64,000 nucleotides of DNA from the human T2T-CHM13v2.0 reference genome, Homo sapiens. The notes below the pieces were generated by a model. That model was not told the origin of the DNA. It searched no databases and was given only the letters and a program-made list of their open reading frames with translations. Shown here one piece after another: positions 28,893 through 43,770 of this stretch. A program made the translations under genes and the position numbers. The stretch's first letter is position 1, and each line of letters starts with the position of its first letter. The DNA lies in the NCBI RefSeq assembly GCF_009914755.1, contig NC_060925.1; one strand, written 5' to 3'.

Positions 28893-29013
28893 ATGTTTGA
28901 ATATATAGCATGACAATAAAATGAAATATTTTAAAACTAAGCTATTCTTAAAATTCAATGCAATCCTTGAAATTAATGTGTCTCCAGTAGTTAATCATTT
29001 GGTTCTGGAAATC

Positions 29014-29342
29014 TTTTTTTTTTTTTAAGACACAGTCTCGCTCTGTCGCCCAGGCTGGAGTGCAGTGGTGTGATCTTGGCTCACTGCAAACTCTGCCTCC
29101 CGGGTTCAAGAGATTCTCCTTGATTCTGCCTCCCCTGCTCAAGCGATCCTCCCACCTTAGCCTCCTGAGTAGCCGGGACCACAGGCACATTCCACCACAC
29201 CCAGCTAATTTTTTTAATTTTTTGTAGAAACAGGGTTTCATCATGTTGCCTAGGCTGGTTTTAAACTCCTGAGCTCAAGCAATCCACCCATCTCGGCCTC
29301 CCAAAGTGCTGGGATCACAGGTGTGAGCCACCGCGCCCTGCC
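29014..29342 (-). mobile_element. chimeric AluS/AluJ
   Basis: Alu with duplicated right-arm segment; TSD TGGTTCT..AATCTTT. Confidence 0.85.
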
Positions 29343-29639
29343 TGGTTCTAAGAATCTTTAAAGGAATCTCCAGTACTCATTTGCCGTGGGTTTTCCTTGC
29401 TTATGATGAAACTCTTTTCAACTAAAAATGCAGTTGGACATGTTAGACTACATTGAACAATAATGTTGAGGAAATGTCTTTATTTCATTTCACCTTTCCT
29501 CTCCATAACACCATCCTATAGTGTTGGGTATTCCTATAATAATTTTCTATGATTATTTAGTATTATTATGTATTAAATTACTACTGGTTTATATTTAATA
29601 ACATTTAATTCACGAGGGTATTCCAAAGTAAAGCAGGAT

Positions 29640-29780
29640 GCTGGACAATGCTACATTGTACTGATCTGTCCCACAAAGGCCAAGATGTCTAGCTTCCTCT
29701 GTCCCTGCCCACTAAATGCCGGCAGCTCCTCATCACTGTGACAACCAAAAAATGCGCCCACAAATTTCCAAAATGCCCTT
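29640..29780. mobile_element. hAT-Charlie MITE fragment (MER20-related)
   Basis: CCCACTAAATGCC..TGTGACAACCAAAAAATG..TTTCCAAAATGCCC. Confidence 0.55.
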
Positions 29781-29933
29781 TTTTGGAACGCTCCCTTATC
29801 TAATTCATTCAAGCTTCCACAGGAGATAGTGAGCACCTGTGTTGTACCAGGAAAAAAAAAATCTAGTTAGACTCTTACTAGACACTCTGCATACCAAAAT
29901 AAAGAGAAATGTTAATTGTAAAAATAAAAATAA

Positions 29934-30282
<349 letters not shown>

Positions 30283-30518
30283 AAAAGTGAAACTAAAATT
30301 TTAGGAAAAAAATGTATGAGAATATTTATCTAATGTCAGGTGGGGAATCCTTTCGAAACCCAAAATTTAGAAATCACAAAGGTAATGAATTAACTACAAC
30401 ACAAGTTTTAAAAGAAAAAGAAAAATCAATAAAAATATTTGTTATAAATATTCGTAAAGTGCCTTATATAGAGAGGGATTTTGCAAACTGATTAAAAGGA
30501 AAAGAAGTACAATAATGT

Positions 30519-30756
30519 GGCTGGGTGTGGTGGCTCATGCCTGTAATCCCAGCACTTTGGGAGGGTGAGGCGGGAGGATCGCTTGAGCTCAAGAGTTAGA
30601 GACCAATCTGAGAGCTCAGGAGTTAGAGACCAGTCTGGGCAACATAGCAAGACCTACGAGAGTAAACTAGGGAGATTAAGGCTGCAGTGAGCTGTGATTG
30701 CGCCACTGCACTCCAACCTGAGACCCTGCCTCAAAAAAAAAAAAAAAAAAAAAAAA
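30519..30756 (+). mobile_element. rearranged AluJ (internal tandem duplication plus central deletion)
   Basis: GAGCTCA(A/G)GAGTTAGAGACCA(A/G)TCTG twice; linker and start of right arm missing. Confidence 0.85.
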
Positions 30757-31163
30757 GCACTAGGCACAGCAATGCAAATGTACTTAATGCCGTTAAACTC
30801 TATACTTGAAAAACATGGAAAATAAGACACTAGTAGAAAAATAGGTCAGGGAGTAACAGCAGAAAACAGAAAATTCACATGAGACAAACATAGTTCCATC
30901 AATACATGTCGCCTCATTAGTAACTTAAAGAATACAAATTTAAAGTTTTCATTTTTTAATTGATAAAATTAGCAAAAAGAAATAATTTGAAATGATGATG
31001 CCCAAGTCATCACTTGGGTCTGAGAAGACAGAAATTCTCAACGTTGGTTTAAGAGAGTAACTTGGTACAATCTTTCCACCACACAATCTGGTAACACAGT
31101 GTACGAAGAGCCTTCAGATGCTCTTTGACCCTTTGATCCAGTGAGGAGCTCAGCTCTGGGAAT

Positions 31164-31640
31164 CTCTATCAGTCAGACCTGCTTCCATCACAAGGGACAA
31201 AACCTCATTCACAGTAGTGTTGGCATAAAGGAGAGTTTACCAGCTCACACAACAGATCCCGCTAGATCCAGGGGTGCAAATAGTGGCAGTGGGACTGTAT
31301 CTCTCTCTCCCTATTGCTCAGTTCTGCATGCCTCTGCTTGGCTTCATTTACATCAGTTCTCTCCACAGGCAGAAAGATGGCACCAACAGCCCCAGGGGAT
31401 TCCATCCTCACAACAACTCTCACAGAGAAAAAAGCACAGCTCTTTCACCCCCGTAGCAATCCCATCAAAAGGCCTCTGGGTGGCCTGACTCTGGTCACCT
31501 TCTGTGAACAGGAGAATGAAGTCACTCTGAGTAGCCAGCCTAAGTGGTGTGAAGTCTAGAATCATGTGCCATGATTATACTAGAATCATGGGGTAGGGAG
31601 GAGGGTAGAAGAACAAAGAAAGATGCAAGACAAATACATA
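31164..31640 (-). mobile_element. MLT1K/J-like MaLR LTR
   Basis: GCTAGATCCAGGGG, TTGGCTTCATT, AAAGATGGCACCAACAGCCCCAGG. Confidence 0.6.
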
Positions 31641-32876
31641 AGCAGATCTTGTATAGAATACCTCCAAGGGAAATCATCGGAGTCAGGATGGCAACCTCTA
31701 GTTTGTCCTGGTTTCAGAACAAGAGCCAATCAAAAATCGCCTTACAGAATTTCACTGAATAGACATACATATAGCTCAAAATGTTTCCAAATTTCAAAAA
31801 GTCCAAAATGATTCTTTCTGAGTGGTGACATTATGGATGGGTTTTATTTTCTCCTTCATATTTTCAAGTATTTTTCATATTGTCTTCAAAAAGCATTTAT
31901 CTTTTTAAAAATCAAAGATAATATATCTTCCAAAATGACAACTGAAAACTATGTCTATGATATGTATAATCCAGAAAGGGAACTATTTTTAATAAAATAC
32001 ACCTCTTTATTCCTTTTCTGTGTTTTCTACAGTGTGCACACAGCATTGAAATAATGTGGGGAAAAACACAACAAAATAAAATTCTTTTAAAGATCCATTC
32101 CTGACTCCAGCGACTTTATTCTGCTCCTGTGGCTTCTGGTTGGAGACTTATTGTCCAGTATCCAGGGAATCACTGTCATGTCTTCTTTTATAATTGCAAA
32201 TTTTACCACCAAAACACATTCCTGAAGTGTGTTTTACTGGTTCAAATTTGTGACATACACAGTAAGCAATGAACCAAAAATTATTTACAGAGGCAAACAG
32301 TAAATAGTTTCCCTATTTGCTAAGGAAGGGAGAATAATTGAGATCGTTTGTGGATTAAGCAGAAGTGTTACAATTTCCTGATGAAATAGGAGAAGAGGGA
32401 TGCTTTAAATGTTTCATTAGGAGCCCAAGAGCTGCAAATGACAGCAGGATGCAAAAAGCCCTCAGCTCAAGAATTGGCACAGGGTTCTCAGTATCTTGAG
32501 TTTCTCTCCTGTCCCTTTCAGATCCAAAATAGGTAGGCCATGACTTCAGGTGGCACAGATGCAAATTCTTGAATACTTCTAATTCAGAATTCATTGAAAA
32601 AGCACGGAATTTTGGAACTAGATCCCGATATTCAGAACTTGATGAGTCAAGAAAATATTTCCCTCAAGGGGCTCTTGTCTTTGCCTGGAATGCCCCAAAA
32701 CCCTAGGTTTCTTCTAAGCAGATAAACTCCTATTTATCTTTCAGTCCTGATAGTTTTTCAAATAGAAAGCCCACACATCAGACAGTTTTCACTAGGTTAT
32801 GTTGCAATAACAACAATAACAAAAAACCCAAATCCAATGACTTACAACAACAAAGGTTCATTTCTTTATCATGTTA

Positions 32877-33076
32877 CAGTAGTTCTCCCTTATCTGCAGT
32901 TTTGCTTTCCAGTTTCACCTACCTGCAGCCAACCACTGTCCAAAAATATTAAAAGAAAAATCCAAAACATAATTTATAAGTTTTTAATTTTGTGCCCTTC
33001 TGAGTGGCATGATGAAATCTCTTAGTAGCCATCTGGGTTATCAGATCAACTGTCGTGGTATCACAATGCTTGTGTT
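32877..33076 (+). mobile_element. MER44 (TcMar-Tigger MITE) fragment
   Basis: TA|CAGTAGTTCTCCCTTATCTGCAGTTTTGCTTTCC TIR; GATGAAATCTC; GGTTATCAGATCAACTGTCGTGGTATC. Confidence 0.85.
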
Positions 33077-35759
33077 TATAGCATATATTTTTAAAAATAG
33101 AAATAGAAATATCAAAGTAAAGATAAATGTGCATATTTTAATGTAATTAAGGACACTGGAATCATGCTATTTTACTAAGAGAAAACTCAATGTGTTCCAA
33201 ATTTAATTCCTAAATAAATAAATCAATGAATTCATTCATTCAAACAGCATATTCTTACCCCTGAATTTAAGCCCTTATTGAAATAAATAAATAAATAATT
33301 TTAAAAAAAAACACAGCATACATTGTTCCCCTCCCTTAATTAAGAAACAAGGTGCTGTAGAAAACAGAAAGATAAATAATCATTATTATCCTCAATGAGC
33401 ATTAAAAAAAGAAATAAGTAACTTTAAGACAGTAAACTAAACACACCATAACAATTAAAACACTATCCAGATTCAGAAGACAGAAATCACAGTAGGTGGA
33501 AAGCATCAGATGCTTTGTAAAGAAAGTAATCAATACTCCAGCTGAGTCATTTAGAATGGAAGAGACTTCAACAGATGGATAAGGAGTAGATGCACTTTGC
33601 ACTATTTAAACATAAAGCTTAGGGTTTAGAGAACCTTGAATGGTGCATTTTGATGAGACTGTAGCATACATCCTATGATGGAGCATCAGAGAAAAAGTCT
33701 AGGAAGGTAAATTGAGACCAAAGCACAAAGGGACTTGAATGTCAGTTTAAGAAATTTGGGTTTAATTCTGATGACAAAGCACATGCATTAAGCCTTCCTA
33801 GACGTTTGCTTTAACAATGTTACATGCCACTACTGTCAAGAATGTGATTGCAAGCACTGAGCAGACATTTAGAAATCATAATCCTGGATTACCACTCAAT
33901 TGCCTAGAAAAGCATGTCAATTGTTCTGGGCTTTCTCTTCCTCATGTATTACGTCCTATTGTAGCAGCCTCAGTAGAGTCCTCATCATGTGTGTGTTCAT
34001 CAGGAAAAATGAGAAACTTGCATGCTCATCTATATTCTCTGCCTAACTCTTACTGTGAACAGGAAGACACGACTGTGAAAAAATTCATCAACTTGAAACT
34101 ACCTGTAAGTAAAGCCACAAAGTACAGTGGGGCAGAAGGAAAATGGGGGCTGAAATGCAGCCCAAGTTCTATGCAACCCATTGTGTGACCTGATGCGAGC
34201 TTAGTCAATGCAAAGTGCTCATATTCCTAATTAGCACAGTGTAAGCCTGTCCATTAAACCCAAGCCTGAAAGGCTATATGTACCCAAAGCGGGCAGCACC
34301 TTTTTCAGCATCACCCAAAGGTACCATATTTATAGCAGAGGCCCTGTTGCCCCATTTTAGGTTTTAAACAGGGACCATAGTCCCATTTACATGATTTCCT
34401 TTTGCATGCCTTCCTGCACTAGAAAAGGTTTTATTTTTCCACCGAAGGGGCTCAGCAACTGTTTTTTGATTGATGGAACTAGAGGCTAGACCAGTGTTAA
34501 TGAGAGGATCATTTTGAAGAGAGTCATCAAAAACCTTCAGCAGAAATAGCATGGAACTCCTGGCAGCCTAATTTCATTTGTCCTGGGACCATGTTTCCTC
34601 ACCAGTTTACCACGCCAAGCCATAATTTTTTGCATAGTGAAAACATCAACGCCTTTTATATATTCATTTAAAGTAACTTATTCATTATTATAAAAAGCTT
34701 TTTTTATTGCTTAGTTAATAATAAACGTGAATCACCAACAATGAGATAAGTATTCTCAAGAAACCACCAAGATACAGACTTGGTATTCAAGTACTTACAC
34801 ATTTTTTAATCACCCAATAAAAATGTAAGATGTTTATTATTATTAACATTCACAATTGGAAAGCTTGATAATGTCCTGTAGGCCAATAGCTCTTATTCTT
34901 CTAGATCCTAAAAGCAGGTGCCAGAGCAGAACTCACAGGGTTGGTGCTTGTTCCCTTGGCATTCTGCGTATCTCAGCATACGAAAACTGCTAGTGCAATA
35001 ATATTCTGTTTTAAAGCTATAGATAAAAAGAGTGACATGCAGTGCCGTGCTGTAATCCTCTCCAGGGCATCTAGGAACTGATCATTTTGTTTCATGAGGT
35101 CCACATTATTATCTAACTCATAAAATGACTTCTCGCATTCTAAATAAATTAATCTTGCTTGTTCCCCTCAATAACATATACTCGTATGAGTATAAACAGA
35201 GACAAGATTTGCTAAATTATTATTGATGGCTGTAGGCAAAAGAGCCATATCAGAAGCAGGCATATCCCAAGCTTTTACCATGATCAGGAGCTCATACTGT
35301 TTTACCTGTCAATATATCTGCTTCTGTACTCTGGTTGCCAGAGAGCTCCAACTGTAGACCTGGATGAGTTGTCAGGCACCACTTCCTGTACTTCCAGCCA
35401 AGTGAGACAAATGAAACCTCTTCATCCTGTGCAGTTGAAGTGCAGGAAGTTGAACCATTTCTTCCAAGCTTAGCTCCCTTTGCTCTATTCTATTCCATGG
35501 ACTCCTTCAACTCCTGAACAAGACAAGACCAGGAAACGTGCAGCAGCAATTCCAAAGTTCCAATTCCCAAAAGTAAGTGGCTGTGTAAGGGCATCCTCTA
35601 ATGATCTCCCAAAACAGAAGTCACAGATCTTAAGAATCTGCTTTCAAGGATGCCCATAGTAGTTATCAGTTTCCCCCCTCCTTGGCTCTGTCGTAAGACC
35701 AATTCCACAGCAAAGGAAAACACTTAGAAACTGTTTAAAATGCTTAGTTCAGTTATTCT

Positions 35760-36350
35760 GGAAAGCAGTTTGGAGATTTCTCGAAGAACTTAAAATAGAG
35801 CTGCCATTCAACCCAGCAATCGCATTTCTGGGTATATACCCAAAGGAAAATAAATCATTCTGCCAAAAAGACACATGTACTTGCATGCTCATCACAACAG
35901 TATCCACAACAGCGAAGACCTAGGTGCCCATCCATGGTGGATTGGATAAAGAAAATGTACATATACACCATGAAATACTACGCAGCCATAAAAAAACAAA
36001 ATCATGTGCTTTGCAGCAACATGGATGGAGCTGGAGGCCATTATCCTAAGGGAATTAATGTGGGAACAAAAAATCAAGTACCACGTGTTCTCACTTCTAA
36101 GTGGGAGCTGAACATTGAGTACACATGGACATAAAGATGTGAACAATAGACACTGCAGACTACTAGAGGCGGGAGGGGTGGAAGGGTATGGGTTGAAAAG
36201 CCACCTATGGGGCCCTATGCTCACTGCCTGGGTGAGAGGATCCATACTTCAAATCTCAGCACCACATAATATACCCATGGAACAAGCCTGCACATGTACT
36301 CCCTGAATCTAATATAAAAGTTGAAATTACATAAATAAGTAAATAAAATA
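35760..36350 (+). mobile_element. L1 3' end (L1PA15/16-like)
   Basis: ORF2 end GCAGCAACATGGATGGAGCTGGAGGCCATTATCC; 3'UTR CCTGCACATGTAC..CTGAATCTAA; A-rich tail. Confidence 0.9.
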
Positions 36351-36496
36351 ATCTTCAAAACAACAACATTAGAAATGTAATAATTTGACCACTAAATTAG
36401 AATTATTTGGACAGAGGTACAGTATAAGACATCTAAAACACTAGCTGTTTCTTGAGAATACTTATCTCATTGCTGGTGATTCATGTTTATTATTAA

Positions 36497-36850
<354 letters not shown>

Positions 36851-36894
36851 TAATAATCTTTGTATTTGCAAGATGAAGAGAATATGTTAGATGG

Positions 36895-37247
36895 TGCCCT
36901 TAGTTTGGGCTGTGATAACAAATACCACAGACTGAGTGGTTTAAACAAAAATTTATTTATCCTAGTTCTGGAGGCTGGAAGTTTGAGATCAGAATGCCAG
37001 CACGGTTGAGTTCTTGGTGAAAGACCTCCTCCTGGTTTATAGACAGCTTCTTCCTGCATCCTCACATGGAGGAAAGAGAAATCATCCCTCTCTGTCTCTT
37101 CTTATATGAACACTAATCCCATTCATGAGGCCTCCCTCCCTTATGACCTAGTTATCTTCCAAAGGCCTGACCTCAAATACTACCACATTGGGAATTAAGA
37201 TTTCCACATGTGCATTTTGAGAGGACACAAACATTCAGTCCATAGCA
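36895..37247 (-). mobile_element. MLT1A-family LTR
   Basis: ATAACAAATACCACAGACTGAGTGG..TTCTGGAGGCTGGAAG..GGACACAAACATTCAGTCCATAGCA. Confidence 0.88.
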
Positions 37248-37479
37248 GACAGCAATGTTTTAAATTTTGCCATAGGCAAGTCCAGGACAGAACCTTTGGA
37301 ATTTCAAACCTCCCTACTCCTGCTACTAATAACCATTCCCTACAGGCCTTGAGCTAAAAATATCCTCCACATTGGGTAAGCTGGAAGAAAAATAAATATT
37401 TACCCACCATGAATGACTCCTTTGCCTAATCAACACTGTGTCAAACTTGGTTGCTTTGTCAAGAGGCAGTAAAAAATAG

Positions 37480-37618
37480 GACTCCAGGTGAGGTGGCTCC
37501 CCTACCTATAAACTCAGCTACTCGAGAGGCTGAGGATGGAGGATGCTTTGAGCCCAGAAGTTCAGAGACCAGCTGGACAACATAGTGAGACCCAGTATCT
37601 TAAAAAAAGAAAAAAAGA
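37480..37618 (+). mobile_element. FLAM
   Basis: Alu monomer plus A tail. Confidence 0.75.
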
Positions 37619-37976
37619 ACATTCCAGAACATTTGAGCCATGAAGACACCAGCACAACAAATATTTAGTATCACCATGAAGTCAGTCATTTATAATTTAA
37701 AGCTATTGTGTCCTCAAGAGACAGGAAAATTGAAGCTAAAGGGATGCTAAAAGATGGCAGGGAATGTAAATATGCCACCTTAAAAGGGTGAGCTCTGCCG
37801 ACCAAGGACCAAGAGATCAAACTGGGAGATGGTTCATTTGTCCCTAAAGCCAGTTTAATTTCAGCAATTAACAAAACAGTATTTCATAAAACGAACACAA
37901 CAGTTTAGTATCAACAATTAATATCAACAATTAAAACCTAGATATCCTATTTCACAACCTTTAAAATTGGCAACTC

Positions 37977-38094
37977 AAGCTGAGAGCAGGGGCATGAGCC
38001 TGTAGCCTCAGCTGAGGCAAGAGGGTTGCTTGAGCCCAGGAGTTTGAGACCAGCCTGGGAAGCATAGTGAGACCCCACCTCTTAAAAAAAAAAA
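37977..38094 (+). mobile_element. FLAM
   Basis: Alu monomer plus A tail. Confidence 0.75.
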
Positions 38095-38122
38095 TGGTAA
38101 CTCAACTTCTGGCACATATTAA

Positions 38123-38469
<347 letters not shown>

Positions 38470-39512
38470 GCCATGTTTTTTTGTTTTTTGTTTTTTTTTT
38501 TTTTTTAGGGCTAAAGACTAAAACTGTTCCCATAAAGCCTTTTCTCTGTCAGAACCTGCAGTTCTACCATTCATTCAGCTGCTCAAGCCCCCGACCCATT
38601 GAGCTCCATGACACCAGCAAGTCCTGCAGCTTTTGTCTCCCAAACACCAAATTTCATCTAACAACAGGCCACGGATTGTTAGATGCACCACTGTCACTTG
38701 TATCTCTAAGAAAGAATCAGTATCACCAATTCTAAGCCTTATCCCCATTTTAGAGATAAAAACATGAAACATACTTACATTTCAGGATCAAGGTAATATG
38801 GTATATCTTGACTCTTAAGTCTTCCTCATCCAGTGTCACCACCCTGGTCCAGGCCCCCTTCATATCTCACCTGGACCTCAGCAACCATGGGCTGCTAACT
38901 AGTCTCCTTTACTCGTGACCCCTTCCAACCCATCCTCCATTCCACTGCCAAAATCACAATTTTTATAATACAAATCTTATCATACAATATGAATCTGGTC
39001 ATTGTTGGTTTCAAAGTCTTCAGTGGCTTCCAATTGCTCTCGGCATGAAGATCTAACTCCTCAAGAGAGCCTGTAAGACCATGATTGATCTGACTTCTGT
39101 CGTCTCATCTCTCAGCAGCTTCTCAGGCAATATCTCACCTGCAACCATATCTGACCCCCTCCTGAGTTCTTCATACATCTCAACTGCCATACACTCGACT
39201 TCCTCTGCTAACTCATCCTCTCTCTTTACCTGGCTAACTCCTATCTGTCCACCTTGTCCATCTTGTCTGTCAAAGCTGGCCCTGGCCACTCTCTCATAAG
39301 AACAGGTGTGGTCCCTACTACTTGCTCCCATAGCACTCTGTACTTTGCCTGCACAGCACTTGGCACACCTGGAATGATTTGCTTAATTATTTACTTAACT
39401 GTGTGTTTTTCCAACTTGAAGTTCTATGACACTGGGATTGATTTTAATCAGAGCAGATTCACTTGTGTCTGGCACAGTATCTGGTACATGTACATGTAGG
39501 GTGCTCCATAAT

Positions 39513-39742
39513 ATGTGTGTGTGTGTGTGTGTGTGTGTGTTGTTTTTGGGTTTTGTGGGGTTTGGGTGTTTTTTTTTTTTTTTTTTTTTTGAAACGAGGT
39601 CTTGCTCTGTCGCCTAGGCTGCAGTGCGATAACATGATCAGGGCTCACCGCAGCCTCAAACTCTTGGGCTCAAACAATCCTCCCACTTCAGCCTCCAGGG
39701 TAGCTGGGACTACAAGTTCATGCCACCATGCCCAGCTAATTA
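39513..39742 (-). mobile_element. AluJ right arm with (TG)n-derived tail
   Basis: GCAGCCTCAAACTCTTGGGCTCAAACAATCCTCCCAC; (TG)n 39513-39540. Confidence 0.85.
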
Positions 39743-39963
39743 TTCTGATACCATTTTTAACAGGTATTAGAATTCTTTCTCCTTTAACAGGATTAACTTT
39801 TAAATATATCCCACAATTGAGCTCTATATAGTTTTTATCCACACAAGTATCTAAGAGTGATCTCTCATAATCATATTAACCATAAAAATTCTAAAATCCC
39901 AGGACAGGAAAACAGTACTAGAATCGGTTTAAAAGGCTGATGATCAAGAATCGACAATGAGGA

Positions 39964-40290
<327 letters not shown>

Positions 40291-40409
40291 CTATTGACTA
40301 AGTATGTTTTCTCCTTAAGTATAGGATAAAAATGTATTACCTGAAAATGCAATAGAAGAACCATATTTGATGTGTCTTTTAAAGTCTAAACCATAAAAAA
40401 TACATAAAC

Positions 40410-40535
40410 TAGCCACGTGAAGTGGTGCACACCTGTAGTCCCAGCTACTCAGGAGGCTGAGGTAACACAATCACTTCAGCCCAGAATTTCGAGGCTAGCC
40501 TGGTCAACATATCAAGACCCTATCTCTAAAAAAAT
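40410..40535 (+). mobile_element. FLAM-like monomer
   Basis: CCTGTAGTCCCAGCTACTCAGGAGGCTGAGG..GACCCTATCTCTAAAA. Confidence 0.75.
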
Positions 40536-41299
40536 TACCAACTCAAATTTTATCAGGCCATTTGTAATAGAACAGGTGTTCTCCAGGCCAGGCATATAGT
40601 GGAACCATTTCATGTAAAAGAATCCCAGCTGACCATCATGTTCCTAGCTGATTACATATTTGGAATTTGCAATGAATTACCCACAGACATCCTATCCCAT
40701 GACATGGTCTTAGGAGTTCATACCAATTGTACTGTGGAATGCTATATTATGTGGTATGCTGTGGATTAATGGGCTTTATGAGTTCACTTTAGAACCTGGG
40801 GACATTTTCCAATACGGTTTTTGTGAGAAAATCAGTGCCAGGGCACAGGAAGCTCAGAAGCAATGAAAACCCAAGTCTCCATCCACCATCTCCCCTTCTC
40901 CACCCCTTCAACTTCAGCCAACCCTGCCCCAGCAGCAGCCCGGCATGAGAAATGAAGCCCAAGGCACTGTGGAGATACTTCATTCCCTGTCTCCCTAAAA
41001 CCCTCAGTGCCATTTGCAACTGTGTCCCCCACCCCAGAGCCCAGGCAGCTAGAATCTCCTTTCACCTTTCACCCCTTACCAAAAACACTCATGAAACTGC
41101 TCCTCACCCTCCTCAGACCCTGGGAAATCTCACCTCTCCGTGGTCTCCCATCCTCAGGCTCCCGTCGGACTTCACTTGGCCACATCCTTCACTACTCTCC
41201 TTCCTTATGCTTTATTTAACACATTTCCACGAGACATGTGTTCCCATGACCTTCTTCCATGTCCACCTCCACAGTTTTGCTCAGGTTCTCGTTCCCTCT

Positions 41300-41610
41300 C
41301 CCAGGCCTCTCTCCACTCTATACTTTCAGGAATTCTACCCATGCAAAGCCCATCTCAGCTTCCACCTCACTCCTGACTTGACACCTCCTCATGCAGCCTG
41401 CCTGCCTGGCGCCTTGTCTAGATGCTCTCACCTCGTTCTGCCTTGGATTACTAAAACTTACTTTCTGTCTTGCTTTCTTTCCTTCTGGAGTTCTTGAGGG
41501 GGAGTGCAGCTTCTTTACAATGTCTAGATCCCTGTCCCATCCACGCACACTGCACAGATACACTACAGAGCGCCCAGCTCACAGCAGACACTAAATGGTG
41601 AAAGAATGCA
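41300..41610 (+). mobile_element. degraded L2 3' end (contains donor of templated insertion)
   Basis: CCCAGCTCACAGCAGACACTAAATGGTGAAAGAATG resembles the L2 terminus. Confidence 0.5.
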
Positions 41611-41636
41611 AGAGGGTCCTGTGTCTCCCTAAGTCC
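41505..41636 (+). repeat. direct repeat copy A (donor) of 44665-44806
   Basis: near-identical sequence TGCAGCTT.TTTACAATGTCTAGATCCCTGTCCC...CCCTAAGTCC. Confidence 0.97.
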
Positions 41637-42189
41637 AAAAGGAGACATAAGAATATTACAGGCCGATATTTGTAACCCATTAAGAAAAAAGGTGAAATAG
41701 TGTCAATACCTAAGCAAAATACCATGAGAATATAAATCAAAGTGTGAACAGGAGAATATTAAGACAGAAAGACAATGGTTCTCTTCTGGAACCATTAGCA
41801 TTTAAATACAGAAAAGAAAATGCACCATTTTAACAGCTGCAGAAGATAATAACAGACACAATTATTTTTCCCTAACTAGATGCCATGCCCCATGTACAGT
41901 AGTTCCTAATCATCCCCTCATCTTAGTCTCATAACAACCCTATTATTGTCTCTATGTTACGTAGGAGGAAACTGAGGTACCGAGCAGTTAATTAACCTTC
42001 TCCATCATGCAACCAGCAAGGCAGAGCTAGGATTTGTATCCCAGTAGCACCTTTTCCAGATTCAAGCTCAACTCCTAAATTCTCCTGCGTCTTCACTGTA
42101 TTGTTTTTACAACACATTTGCAGGTTGTGGGCTAAGTCACCGGCTACTGAGAGATAAAGAAGTAACACTCCTATGAATTTTACATTTCT

Positions 42190-42310
42190 GGCTGGGCACC
42201 GCAGCTCACACCTGTAATCCCAGCACTTTAGGAAGCTGAGGCAGGAGAATTGTGTGAGCCCAGAAGTTTGAGACCAGCCTGGGCAATATAGCCAGACCCC
42301 ATCTCAAAAA
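42190..42310 (+). mobile_element. FLAM_C-like
   Basis: Alu monomer; TSD approx ..CATTTCT. Confidence 0.85.
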
Positions 42311-42964
42311 CAATTGTGCATTTCTAATACTCACTGAGCCCCTGCTATCCCCTGGCTCAGTGTACATTGCTCTATATCTCCTAGCAAACCCAGGAGCTAT
42401 GTATGAACTGAAACCCTGGTTAAATAGCTTGGTCAAAGTCACACAGCTCAGGTGGGGGAGGCTGGGTTTAAAGGCAGGCTGCTGATGCTATGATCCATAC
42501 TTGAGGCTACTGCTGGCCACAGGCTCCATCTGAGGCCCTGTAGGGGGTGAGAGGAGAAACCCGGCCCCAGAGACAGGGTCTGAACCCTCTGCTGCCAGCC
42601 AGTAGAGAAAACAGTCCCTCACCCACAACGTGGGGATAACACTGCCTACCACACCAGGCAGTGGAAAGAATTAAATTAATTTAAATAAAGGAGACAGTGC
42701 AGAGTACCTGACACGCAATAAGCACTCAATGAGAGCTATTATTAGAGGTAACTCTCCCTGCTTTCAGTCTAATGCCATGTTTCTTATCACTTAAGGTGAT
42801 CACCTTGTTGCTCTTTAAAATATTATGTATGGTTTTCTCTAAGATACATGTAAGTGTAAAATGCAGAAGAAAAGCATGCGGGGACGGGGGGGGGGAAGAA
42901 ATTCCCTTTTCTTTATTGATCAGCCTTTCCCCCAAAATACTTTCTCAAGGAATTATTAAATACT

Positions 42965-42974
42965 CAACATGGCG
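42965..42974 (+). promoter_or_regulatory. YY1-like motif
   Basis: CAACATGGCG matches the CAANATGGCG core, next to the CpG island. Confidence 0.45.
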
Positions 42975-43079
42975 CTGCACTACGTTATTTTAATTTAAAA
43001 AAAAAAAAACGCGTACCAAACAACGAAGCTCCTGCCCTTGGGAGTTTATACACAGGCTATGTTAATATTTGCAAAGGGC

Positions 43080-43770
43080 CCCGAGTGTCTAAGCGGCTAA
43101 TGAACGTCTTGGGTCGGTTTCCTCAAAATCCAGCCCATTGTTTCCCCCGTGAGCACGATCCGAAGCCTTATCCCATAACGCACTGTAGCCCGAATCTTTC
43201 TGCCAACAACCGTTGAAACTACCAGAGGTTAAAGCAATTAACATGAGATGCAACCTCACCGTGGCGCAGCTCCGCGCGCCCCCGGCTGCTGCGACCCGGG
43301 AGCGGGGAGCCCCGGAGCGGCTGCGCCCGGCCCCGCACCCCCGGCAGAGCAGGTTAGCTCCCCCTGGGTGGCAAGCCTTTGCAAAACAAAACCGAAAATG
43401 AGCGTTCGCTCTCCTGACAGTCTTGCCTAAAAGAACCTCGTCTATACTGCAAAATCCCATTAGGTACACAAGTCCGGTCGGCATTGTCACTTTTAGTGTG
43501 ACTTCAATTTACACATTCAAAGAATACCTGTCCGGAGCATGGGACCTGGTAGAAAGGTTAGGCTCTCTCCGAAGGAAGTTCAACTCAGGATTTCCCTCCC
43601 CCGGTGCTGCACACACCATCAACGGCAAAACCTCCCCTCCCAGTTGCAGATCTAGACTTGCTGAGAAAGGTGCTGGAGATGTTTCCAAGGTCATCCCCAG
43701 CACCGCGAGTCCAGCCTTCTGCACCACGCAGATTTTTAAGAGGAGATGCCTATCGCCCGTGGGGAGTCAA
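43080..43770. promoter_or_regulatory. CpG-rich island, probable promoter or regulatory element
   Basis: dense CpGs in non-Alu DNA, very GC-rich core 43259-43345; flanking DNA is CpG-depleted. Confidence 0.75.

Noticed and set aside
40952-41497. 181-aa plus-strand ORF
   Set aside because: Low-complexity P/L/S/H translation of pyrimidine-rich, partly L2-like DNA; no recognisable protein.
43695-43735. REST/NRSF-like half site (TTCTGCACCACG)
   Set aside because: Lacks the GGACAG right half.
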